Notes: a model not told the origin generated them from the letters alone. 36,424 nucleotides of DNA from an uncultured Thermomicrobiales bacterium (GCA_937891245.1 CALAGB010000229.1:1-36424); one strand, 5' to 3'. Shown: positions 26,082-34,036, counted from the stretch's first letter. Numbers and translations are program-made.

Positions 26082-28154
26082 TCAATGTTCCAGGTGGTAC
26101 GGCACGCTGACAACGACAACCTTTGGGTGCCGCCAGAGCGCCAGCTTGAGACGGAGCGTCGTCTGATTGTGCAAGAGCAGTTCATAGAGATGCGCCGGTA
26201 CGAACTCCGACAGCACGACGGTGATCACGACGCCCTGTCGCTTCTGCTGCACGCTTTCGATGTAATTGACCAGCGGGCCGACGATCTCGCGATAGGGCGA
26301 TTCAATGATCACGAGCGGAAAGGCGAGGTCGTAGTCGGTCCACTGCTGGCGCAATTGATCGGCCTCATCCGGACCGTCGGTGACGTGGATCGCCGTGACG
26401 TCGCGACTGATGCGCCCGGCGTAGTCGATGGCGCGGAAGGTCGCCCGATCGAGGGAACTGACCGGCACGATCGCCGCCGTATCGCGCATGATATCGGGTG
26501 ATTGGGGCCGCTTGGTCCCTTCCTTGATGCGGAGCTGTTCGGCCGCGCTATCGTAATGCCGCCGGATGCCGAGCATCACCATGATGATGAGCGGCAGCAG
26601 GATCAGCACCATCCAAGCGCCATCGAGGAAACGCGTCGTGATGTTGATGAGCACCACGACCGCGGTGGTCGCGGCACCGGCCCCGTTGATCAGCAAACCG
26701 ACTAGCCGGTGATGACTCCGCGGTGAACGCCACCAGCGGTACGTCATGCTCGTCTGCGACATGGTGAAGGCGACGAAGACGCCGACTGCATAGAGCGGGA
26801 TGAGCGCCGAAACCTGTGCATGAAACGAGACAACGAGCACCAGCGCGGCGCCGCTCAGGGCGATGATACCGGTCGAATAAGCAAGTCGATCACCACGCGC
26901 CATGAACTGATGCGGCATAAAGCCATCGCGCGCCAGGAAGTAGCTGAGCCGCGGAAAGTCGGCAAAAGCCGTATTCGCGCCGAGTACGAGGATAGCCGCC
27001 GTCGCTGCCTGGCTGATGTAGTAGAAGGGCGACGTGCCGACCACGGTGCGCGTCAGTTGGGACACGATTGTTTCGCTCTCGACCGGCACGAGGTGAAAGT
27101 GCCGCGTCAGGACGGTAACACCGAGGAAGAGCGTACCGAGAATGATGCCCATCCAGACGAGCGTCGTGGACGCGTTACGTGCCTGTGGCTCCTTGAAGGC
27201 CGGGACGCCGTCCGCGATCGCTTCGACACCGGTGAGGGCGGCGCAGCCGGCGGCAAAGGCGCGCAGCACGACGAACGCAGTGAGGGCCGAAGTGGCTGCC
27301 GGCATCGGGTTTTGAACCGGATGCGCATGAAAGCCGATGCCGAGATGCGCCCAGGCGAGAAAGCCGAGCAGCAGAATGATCACCATACAGCCGATGAAGA
27401 GATAGGTCGGTATGGCGAAAATCGTGCCACTCTCGCGCACGCCACGCATATTCGCGAGCGTGATAAGAAAAATCGCTCCGACGGCGAGCCAAACCTTATA
27501 CGGCGCCAGCCCGTCGATGGCCGAGGTAATCGCCGCCACACCGGCCGAAACGCTCACGGCGACCGTCAGGATGTAACCGGATAAAAGTGCCGAGGCTGCC
27601 AGCAGGCTCGGCTTCCGACCGAGATTATCCTTCGTGACGATGTACGAACCGCCGCCGTTCGGATAGGCGTTGATCGTCTGGCGATAGGAGAAGACGACGA
27701 TGCCGAGCAGCGCGGCGATGGCGATGCCGATCGGGATCAGCGTGGTGTAGGCCGCGGCACCGGCAACGACCAGAATGAGCAGAATCTCTTCCGTGGCGTA
27801 CGCCGTTGAGGAGAGCGCGTCGGACGAAAAGACCGCCAGCGCCTTGCTCTTGGTCAGACGCTCGTGAATCGCCTGGGCCGATTCGATCGGATTGCCGATC
27901 AGTGCCCGATGCAGCTTTTGATAAAACTTGCCGAGCGGAGTCGTCGCCTCCGATGGTGACGCGATGAGATAGTCCTGTGGTTTCGGGGCGACCGGGAGAT
28001 CCTTGGCGCGAATGACGCGCACATAACGATCGCCGGGATGGCGTCCCCGGACGATATCACGATTCTCATCGGTCACATCAGAGTTGGCGTCGAAGTCGTC
28101 TTTGCCGACCATTACGTCTTTCTCAGACAGATCGCCGAACCGTGACGCTTCCAC
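26082..28154 (-). CDS. APC superfamily permease (amino acid/polyamine-type) with cytoplasmic N- and C-terminal extensions
   Basis: KALAVFSSDALSSTAYATEEILLILV is followed by about 12 TM helices and a soluble C-terminal domain of about 150 aa. The start is uncertain (GTG at 28154 or ATG at 28112). Confidence 0.8.
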   Translation of the reverse strand: MEASRFGDLSEKDVMVGKDDFDANSDVTDENRDIVRGRHPGDRYVRVIRAKDLPVAPKPQDYLIASPSEATTPLGKFYQKLHRALIGNPIESAQAIHERLTKSKALAVFSSDALSSTAYATEEILLILVVAGAAAYTTLIPIGIAIAALLGIVVFSYRQTINAYPNGGGSYIVTKDNLGRKPSLLAASALLSGYILTVAVSVSAGVAAITSAIDGLAPYKVWLAVGAIFLITLANMRGVRESGTIFAIPTYLFIGCMVIILLLGFLAWAHLGIGFHAHPVQNPMPAATSALTAFVVLRAFAAGCAALTGVEAIADGVPAFKEPQARNASTTLVWMGIILGTLFLGVTVLTRHFHLVPVESETIVSQLTRTVVGTSPFYYISQAATAAILVLGANTAFADFPRLSYFLARDGFMPHQFMARGDRLAYSTGIIALSGAALVLVVSFHAQVSALIPLYAVGVFVAFTMSQTSMTYRWWRSPRSHHRLVGLLINGAGAATTAVVVLINITTRFLDGAWMVLILLPLIIMVMLGIRRHYDSAAEQLRIKEGTKRPQSPDIMRDTAAIVPVSSLDRATFRAIDYAGRISRDVTAIHVTDGPDEADQLRQQWTDYDLAFPLVIIESPYREIVGPLVNYIESVQQKRQGVVITVVLSEFVPAHLYELLLHNQTTLRLKLALWRHPKVVVVSVPYHLEH

Positions 28155-28345
28155 ACAGACGCCACGAGTACGGCATGACCATGAGTAGAACGCGAGGCAT
28201 CAGGCGGAACCTCGCTGGTCCCTGGCGCAAACGAATAGAATGCATAATCGCATCCTAACATGGAATCGTCGCACTGAGCCGCCACGCATGATACACCTGG
28301 TGTCTACCCGGTGCGACGCAACCGAGCAACGCGAGAGGACGCGCA

Positions 28346-28825
28346 ATGTTGGTCGCTGCCATCCGGCGCTACCCCGTCAAGTCGATGCTCGGTGAAGCAC
28401 TGCCGATCACCACGATCACCTCACGCGGCATTCCGGGTGATCGCGCCCTGGCGCTGCTCAATCGTGCCACTGGCAACGTCGCCTCAACCAAGCATCCGCG
28501 CCTCTGGCGCCGCTTCCGACCGAACCTTGTCATCAACACTCCCGCCACCGGCGGCTTTGTCGAAAACGACTGGGTCGGTCGGACGCTGCTCATCGGCGAC
28601 GACAGCCGCCTGCGCGTCACCGACCCAACCCCGCGTTGCGTCATTCCGACCCTGCCGCACGGCGACCTGCCCCGCGATCCCGGCATCCTCCGTACCATCG
28701 CCGCCCATAACCGCCCGCCAATCCCAACCCTCGGCGACATCGCCTGGCCCAGCGTCGGCGTCTACGCCACCGTTGAGCAAGGCGGGATCGTGCGAGAAGG
28801 GGACGCGGTGCAGGTGGTGGGGTAG
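28346..28825 (+). CDS. MOSC-domain protein, unusually short (MOSC_N start joined directly to the MOSC core)
   Basis: The N-terminus has IRRYPVKSMLGE...GIPGDRA (MOSC_N-like). The sequence then runs directly into RFRPNLVI...ENDWVGRTLLIG...PTPRCVIPT (MOSC core with the conserved Cys). Confidence 0.75.
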   Translation: MLVAAIRRYPVKSMLGEALPITTITSRGIPGDRALALLNRATGNVASTKHPRLWRRFRPNLVINTPATGGFVENDWVGRTLLIGDDSRLRVTDPTPRCVIPTLPHGDLPRDPGILRTIAAHNRPPIPTLGDIAWPSVGVYATVEQGGIVREGDAVQVVG

Positions 28826-28857
28826 CGGGAGGAACGGCCCCCATCCCCTGCCGCTCG

Positions 28858-29652
28858 CTACGGCAAATCCTGCCCCGGCGGAGACTCGTCCAGCGACACC
28901 AGATCGAGCGGCGGGTGCTCCGGTGGGCTCTGGTTCAGCGTACCGGCCACGGCCTGGCCGATCCCTGCCAGATCGAGTGGTCCGATGAGTCCGTGATAGG
29001 GCGCGTATTCATCGCCATTGGGCAGCCAGATACCTTGTTCGGCACCCGTCGGCCAGAACGCGTCGCCGGGCCGCTCGGGATAGTCCGGTATGAGGAAGAG
29101 CACCAGATCGTCGCCGGGATGCAATTCGGGAGCATTGGCGGAAACGAGCTCCGTGTCACCGACTCGACCACCTGACTGGCGCAGGGTAACGCGGTCCGTG
29201 GGATTACCACGAAACACCTGATCGACATCGATAACATAGTCGGTGTAGATGTTGAGGTCATAGACATTCTGCGGAGTCATCGTCCCGAGCGGGCCGTCCA
29301 CCGCCGGGAAGCGTTGTGACGGCAATTTCTCGGCGATCGTTCCATGCACAATCAGCGATGATACCCACACGAGATCGCGCATATCGGGAATCGCGACCGG
29401 ATCACCGACCACCATCGCACCGAACACAGGAGCCGGCGTCGACTCGGCAACTGCCGGTGAAGCCGCGGGAGTCGGACCCGGCGTCGCGGTCGAGGTCGGG
29501 GTTGGCGTGGGTGTGATTGCCGGGGAGGGTGTCGCCAGGTCAGGTTGAGTCGCGACCGTCGGTGCCAGCGCGATCTCGGGATCCGTCAAACCGCAGGCGC
29601 AGAGGAAGAGCAGCAGCGCCAGGATGGCGGTCGCGGTTCGGGCAATGGTCAT
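28858..29652 (-). CDS. Secreted lipoprotein of unknown function
   Basis: Starting from Met11 of the listed ORF, the signal peptide and lipobox are MTIARTATAILALLLFLCAC|G. A Pro/Thr-rich linker (TPSPAITPTPTPTSTATPGPTP) follows. Confidence 0.7.
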   Translation of the reverse strand: MTIARTATAILALLLFLCACGLTDPEIALAPTVATQPDLATPSPAITPTPTPTSTATPGPTPAASPAVAESTPAPVFGAMVVGDPVAIPDMRDLVWVSSLIVHGTIAEKLPSQRFPAVDGPLGTMTPQNVYDLNIYTDYVIDVDQVFRGNPTDRVTLRQSGGRVGDTELVSANAPELHPGDDLVLFLIPDYPERPGDAFWPTGAEQGIWLPNGDEYAPYHGLIGPLDLAGIGQAVAGTLNQSPPEHPPLDLVSLDESPPGQDLP

Positions 29653-29772
29653 CGGGGCAACCTCGTATTCAAACGGCAGCACGCTGAATCAATGCATGTT
29701 CGACCTTTGTAGCATATCTTCCAATGACGTGACGAACGGGCCGACTTCTCGTAGAGTGAGCGCGTACGGAGG

Positions 29773-30054
29773 ATGATGAGCGAAGGGATGTTGAACGTGG
29801 CGGAGCGAACAAGGATCAACGCGCGCATGATCGTCGCCTATCAGAATGGCGGGCACCGGCTGCTACGTAACGGCTGCCTCGTAATCGAGGGGAACGAGAT
29901 CGTCCATGTCGGGCGTGATTTCGCCGGCCAGGCCGATCATGTGGTCGATGCCAGGGATCGCGTGATCACGCCCGGCTTCATCAACACGCATTCGCATCTG
30001 GCCGGTTCGCCTCTCGATAAATCGTATGGGATAGAGTCGCATCAAGTGGGATGA
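29773..30054 (+). pseudogene. 5' fragment of a metal-dependent amidohydrolase gene, interrupted by the integrative element
   Basis: Only about 85 aa of amidohydrolase-like sequence are present, ending just after the HxH metal motif (VITPGFINTHSHLAGSPLD). Unrelated residues and a stop then follow. The family is normally 400-450 aa. Confidence 0.75.
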
Positions 30055-31534
30055 TCGTCTTGAGTTCGTAGCGCGGGGTGTGGGCCGCGTTGTAGAGCGT
30101 CACTTCTGCTTGGAGCACCGCCAGGATATCGCGCTTTTCAGCCCAGTCGAGACGCTTCGCTCGACGTGCAACGGTCACACACCATGCCCGGACGTCGCCG
30201 ATTTGTCGCCGTGCGCGTTCCCAGTCATGGCGCTGGCACATGATCCGTTCGCGTTCAGCGCGAAGCTCCGCAAGCCGGGAGGCGTATTCTTCCAACTGCC
30301 GGACAAGCGGCGTGAGCGCGTCGTCATTCGTGACCATCGGGATGGCGGTCGTCACGTTACGCTGCTTGCGCTCAACCTCCCGCATTGTGCGGTCAATCGC
30401 TGCGAGGTTCGCGGTCGTCGGATCGTCTTGCATCCGTCGCTCTAGCTCGTCCTCAATAACGGTGGGGTCGGCCAGGAGCGCCATAATACGACCCCAGACG
30501 GCGGCGTCGAGTTCGTCGGCGAAGATCCATGCACCAGGGCACGCGCGCGGCATTCCCCGAGAATGATCGTTATGTCCACGGCAGCGATAGGACGGCTTCC
30601 CGTGACTCTTCGCCGTCTGAACAACGCGGCCACAATAGCCGCAACGAATGAAGCCGCTGCGCAAGAGCGCGTCTTCGGGCTTCAGCGTGTTTCGGGCGCT
30701 GTACTGCTTGTTGTGCTTGAGCCGGTCCTGTATCGTGCTGTGTTCATCCTCAGTGATAATGGCTGGGATAACGTCCTTCGCTAGGGCGAATTCGCCGCAC
30801 CAGGCAGCGCCGCACCCGGTGTAGTCCTGCGTTGTCAGGATGCGGTGAATCGTCGAGTGCGACCAATAATCCAGACCGCTAGGAGACGGGATTCCATCGG
30901 CGTTGAGCCCGAGCCGTATTCGATTGATCGACGTTCCGGCGAGGCATTCATCGACGATCCGGCGCACCACTTGGGCTTCGTCGTCATTGACGGCGTAACT
31001 GCCGCGGTCTTCGTCCTTGAAGCGATAACCGTAGAGCGGCTTCGGTCTGGATAAGAGCTTACCTTCACCCGCTCGCGCGCGTCGACCGCGTATGACGCGC
31101 TCCCTTAGATCTTTCCATTCTCGCTTCGCGCTATAGCCACGCAAGAAGAACATGAGCACGTCGTCATCGTCGGAGAGGTCAAGATCGTCGGTCACGATAT
31201 GGAACTTGACGCCGTACTGCCGGGCCTCAGCCAATCCGAGCATGTGGAAGAGCGGGTCGCGCGCGTAGCGATCCACCGAGTAGAAGACGACCGCTTCGAT
31301 TTCTCCGGTACGGATGGCGTTCCGGAGCGCGGTCATCTGCGGACGTTCCCAGAAATCAACGCCGGTATGTACCTCACGATAGATTTGTGTCTCTGGCACC
31401 ACGTAGCCGAGCCGCTCAGCATGAGCGATGCACGCGGCTAACTGCGTATCGAGCGAGTAGTTATCCGCCTGTTGCTTCGATGAGACGCGGGGATAGACGG
31501 CGGCGCGGGGTTGCTTCTGTTCCATGGTACTCAT
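29981..31534 (-). CDS. Large serine recombinase (integrase)
   Basis: The N-terminal resolvase domain has the catalytic Ser context AAVYPRVSSKQQADNYSLDTQ...VDRYARD. A recombinase domain, a zinc ribbon (CGYCGRVV...YRCRGH...ACPG) and a coiled-coil region follow. Length is 517 aa. Confidence 0.9.
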   Translation of the reverse strand: MSTMEQKQPRAAVYPRVSSKQQADNYSLDTQLAACIAHAERLGYVVPETQIYREVHTGVDFWERPQMTALRNAIRTGEIEAVVFYSVDRYARDPLFHMLGLAEARQYGVKFHIVTDDLDLSDDDDVLMFFLRGYSAKREWKDLRERVIRGRRARAGEGKLLSRPKPLYGYRFKDEDRGSYAVNDDEAQVVRRIVDECLAGTSINRIRLGLNADGIPSPSGLDYWSHSTIHRILTTQDYTGCGAAWCGEFALAKDVIPAIITEDEHSTIQDRLKHNKQYSARNTLKPEDALLRSGFIRCGYCGRVVQTAKSHGKPSYRCRGHNDHSRGMPRACPGAWIFADELDAAVWGRIMALLADPTVIEDELERRMQDDPTTANLAAIDRTMREVERKQRNVTTAIPMVTNDDALTPLVRQLEEYASRLAELRAERERIMCQRHDWERARRQIGDVRAWCVTVARRAKRLDWAEKRDILAVLQAEVTLYNAAHTPRYELKTIIPLDATLSHTIYREANRPDANAC

Positions 31535-32115
31535 GCGATGGCCTTGCTCGTGTCTGTGACGGCGAGCGAAAGAACTGGATGTGCAGCAGTCTTCTCATCC
31601 AGCCATGCTTGCATGCCGGCACGAATGATCTTCCGGGCATCGGTAGAGCGAATCATCCGCTGTTCAACCAGCGCGTGAGCAAGCGCCTCGACGCCAGCCC
31701 AGTGGTAGGGCGGCATGAGCAGTTCCTCGGCCTTGAAACGCATCCAGTTTGAAAACGCCTTCATGCCGTCCGAGTGGCCGTCGACAATGAACCAAGCGAG
31801 TTCCGAGATAGCGTGTGTATCACCACGGGCACCGATCCAATTGAAGCGGCCACTGAATCGCTTTTCCGCAACGGGGCCAGCCCAAAGAACAATGACATGC
31901 CGCTCAAGGTGACTCTGACTTCGGCTATCAAGGTGCGAATCGATGTGGACAGCGCTGGGCCACGGCGTGCCTTGGACATGACCGGCAGACATTTCTTCAA
32001 GGTTCGGGACGATCGAAACATACTCAAAGCGCGCGCCAAGGCGATAACTCGCGAACGCATGCCCCGCCTCATGAATGGCAACACGCAGGAGTCTTTGCCG
32101 TTCCCGTGCATTCAT
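31531..32115 (-). CDS. Stand-alone FtsH-like (M41-type) zinc metallopeptidase domain protein
   Basis: RVAIHEAGHAFASY (HEXXH as in FtsH ayHEaGHA), LWAGPVAEKRF (compare GGRaAEe) and GARGDTHAISELA (compare tGA.nDl..AT) are all present. There are no AAA+ or TM regions. AAGGAG lies upstream, and an ATGA overlap couples it to the integrase start. Confidence 0.75.
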   Translation of the reverse strand: MNARERQRLLRVAIHEAGHAFASYRLGARFEYVSIVPNLEEMSAGHVQGTPWPSAVHIDSHLDSRSQSHLERHVIVLWAGPVAEKRFSGRFNWIGARGDTHAISELAWFIVDGHSDGMKAFSNWMRFKAEELLMPPYHWAGVEALAHALVEQRMIRSTDARKIIRAGMQAWLDEKTAAHPVLSLAVTDTSKAIA

Positions 32116-32182
32116 AGGTACCTACTCCTTGCTACAATGGGCATGCCTCAGCACTGAGCCAACAGCGCGAGGCGTTACCTAG

Positions 32183-32222
32183 ACTCGCGGCGTAGCGGCT
32201 AACCCCTGTCTACGCCGCGAGT
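32183..32222. other. Perfect 13-bp GC-rich hairpin straddling the stop codon of the HTH gene
   Basis: The hairpin is ACTCGCGGCGTAG-14 nt-CTACGCCGCGAGT. The right arm encodes the last codons of the 32210-32413 gene. A T-run follows on the plus strand only. Confidence 0.5.
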
Positions 32223-32413
32223 TTTCCCGACTCATCCTCGAATCGCTCATCCAAGAATGCCCGGAAGTCCTGCTCACGAATCCGGTAGCCTGTTCGGCCA
32301 CCGAAGTTGTGGCCTGCGAGCTTATGCTCGCGAACCCAGCGACGTACCGTATTGACGTGAACCTTCAGCATGTCGGCAATCTCTTCGACCGTGTACCAGC
32401 GTGTTTCGATCAT
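32210..32413 (-). CDS. Excisionase/MerR-like HTH_17 DNA-binding protein (Xis/RDF or small repressor)
   Basis: YTVEEIADMLKVHVNTVRRWVREHKLAGHNFGGRTGYRIREQDFRAFL matches the excisionase-family HTH pattern. I prefer the ATG at 32413, which has AAGGTGG 8 nt upstream. Confidence 0.75.
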   Translation of the reverse strand: MIETRWYTVEEIADMLKVHVNTVRRWVREHKLAGHNFGGRTGYRIREQDFRAFLDERFEDESGKLAA

Positions 32414-32425
32414 CCGTATCACCAC

Positions 32426-32553
32426 CTTCCTTAGCTAACTATAGCACAACAAGACTGCTCATAGTTAGCGTTAGTTATTGACTCCGATGGTACGCTATGT
32501 TACGCTTTGTTCAGGTAACGTCTCGTTTGTTGGCTCAATGAAGGGAGTTCCCG
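32426..32553. promoter_or_regulatory. Divergent control region of the element (candidate operators and promoters)
   Basis: The region is lower in GC. It has an inverted repeat GCTAACTAT-18 nt-ATAGTTAGC (32434-32469) and a tandem decamer TACGCTATGT TACGCTTTGT (32491-32510). TTGACT (32478-32483), a 17-nt spacer and TACGCT form a candidate rightward promoter. Confidence 0.4.
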
Positions 32554-32943
32554 ATGCTCTATCAGCCGGATTCACTCAAGTGGAAGGATGCGGGCAAGCG
32601 CGCCGAAGCGGCGGGGTTGTCTGCTCGCCTGTTGTCATTTCAGGGAGGCGAACACCTCTGCTGCGAGTCATGGCGCGTGGCGCGACCGGACACCGGCACG
32701 CTGCGGAATGTCTACATCCTCTGGACGGCCGAAGGGATCACGTCGGTCGTCTGCGAGTGCCGGACGCGCGAGCAGAACGAGCACGACTGCGCCTGTTGCC
32801 ACGCGGCCGCGGCCGTCGAGGCGTCCTTCGATCTGGCGATTCAGGATGCCTGGCAGGATGACGACGGCGGGCTCGTGACGGTCGTCACACCATCGAACGG
32901 ACCGGGCTACGCAGTGCCGACGCAGCGGATTGAGTCACTCTAA
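32554..32943 (+). CDS. Hypothetical protein with SWIM-like CxC...CxH zinc-finger motif
   Basis: GAAGGGAG lies upstream of the ATG. VCECRTREQNEHDCACCH fits C-x-C-x11-C-x-H. I recognised nothing else in this protein. Confidence 0.5.
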   Translation: MLYQPDSLKWKDAGKRAEAAGLSARLLSFQGGEHLCCESWRVARPDTGTLRNVYILWTAEGITSVVCECRTREQNEHDCACCHAAAAVEASFDLAIQDAWQDDDGGLVTVVTPSNGPGYAVPTQRIESL

Positions 32944-33422
32944 TGGGAAGGATGAGCGACGTGGATATTCAGCAGCACAACGAACAGCCGATGTCATGGC
33001 GTGACAAGCGCAAGGCGATTGCTGAGAGTATGCGATCGGTCGTCGAGCGATTCGACCCGTTCATCGTAGCGGAATTTCTCTGGCAGACGGGCGCATATAT
33101 GGTGCTCTGGAAGCACTACGACCCGGACGCGCCCGCCAACGAGGTCGACAACGCCAGTTATTGTCAGATTGGCTGTAACCTGAATCTCGCGCCGGCGCTC
33201 GCATTCTGGACACGGGAGGAGGAGGAAGCGCTGTGCGCCCTCTGTGCGGAACGCATAACGGCGCGCTTCGGTCCCTACCTGCACGAGCACATCGCACCGC
33301 CGCATTTCACGCTGCTGCGTAACCCCACCGATCCTGAGCAAGTCGCGGCACTCGGTAACGCGCTCGAAACATGGGCAAACGAGCGTGCGCGTTCGGCAAG
33401 GAAGGGGGCGGACGTCGCATGA
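32943..33422 (+). CDS. Hypothetical protein
   Basis: A TAATG overlap couples it to the upstream gene. Coding bias is good and no recognisable motif is present. Confidence 0.6.
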   Translation: MGRMSDVDIQQHNEQPMSWRDKRKAIAESMRSVVERFDPFIVAEFLWQTGAYMVLWKHYDPDAPANEVDNASYCQIGCNLNLAPALAFWTREEEEALCALCAERITARFGPYLHEHIAPPHFTLLRNPTDPEQVAALGNALETWANERARSARKGADVA

Positions 33423-34036
33423 AGGCTGAACAAATCGCTCGCTATCTCAGTAGGCCATCAATTCAACATAGTATGAAGCGGCTCGCTTATCACGAGGCTG
33501 GGCATGCAGTCGGGGAGTGGTTGACCGGGTTTCTGCCCGAACGCATGGAACTTGAAATAGGAGCGGATGGCGATTGGGGGCATACCACTGCCGGGTGGCC
33601 CCAATGGCTACGATTCCCAGACGGCGATACTCGGTGGTGGCAAAGCCAAGTCTTTAGTGTGCTCGCCGGGCCATCGGCCGAAGCATATTTCGGGGGGCTT
33701 GTCCGGCCGCGCCTGAGTGCAACCGACAAAGAGGCCGTAAATCGCGCGGTAGCGCACCTGTACGCGACGCAGTCCGGTCAACGCGCCTATCTGCGAGCGA
33801 CGCGCGTCGAGGTCGATAATCTCTGGCATGCCGGGAACAATTGGCAAGCTGTCGGGCTATTAGCCAACGAACTCTATGATCGTCTGGTTGATAGCGAAGG
33901 AGAGGGATACGCTCGGCTGTTCACTGATGAGATACGCGACATACTCATCAGCACGCTCGGCATGAACGCCGGACTCGAGGAGACCATGTGCGAGGAGCGA
34001 GTGTTTCTTGACGCGATACCTCCGCGACCGGAATAG
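33419..34036 (+). CDS. Second stand-alone FtsH-like (M41-type) zinc metallopeptidase domain protein
   Basis: RLAYHEAGHAVGEW, VLAGPSAEAYFGG and SATDKEAVNRAV parallel the motifs of the 31531-32115 product. I prefer the ATG at 33419, which forms an ATGA overlap with the upstream stop. Confidence 0.75.
   Translation: MKAEQIARYLSRPSIQHSMKRLAYHEAGHAVGEWLTGFLPERMELEIGADGDWGHTTAGWPQWLRFPDGDTRWWQSQVFSVLAGPSAEAYFGGLVRPRLSATDKEAVNRAVAHLYATQSGQRAYLRATRVEVDNLWHAGNNWQAVGLLANELYDRLVDSEGEGYARLFTDEIRDILISTLGMNAGLEETMCEERVFLDAIPPRPE

Noticed and set aside
28826-28857. Third copy of repeat family 1 between MOSC and the lipoprotein gene
   Set aside because: Only a short degenerate resemblance (ggaacggccc..cccct) of about 25 nt is present. 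This is insufficient to call a copy without a formal alignment.
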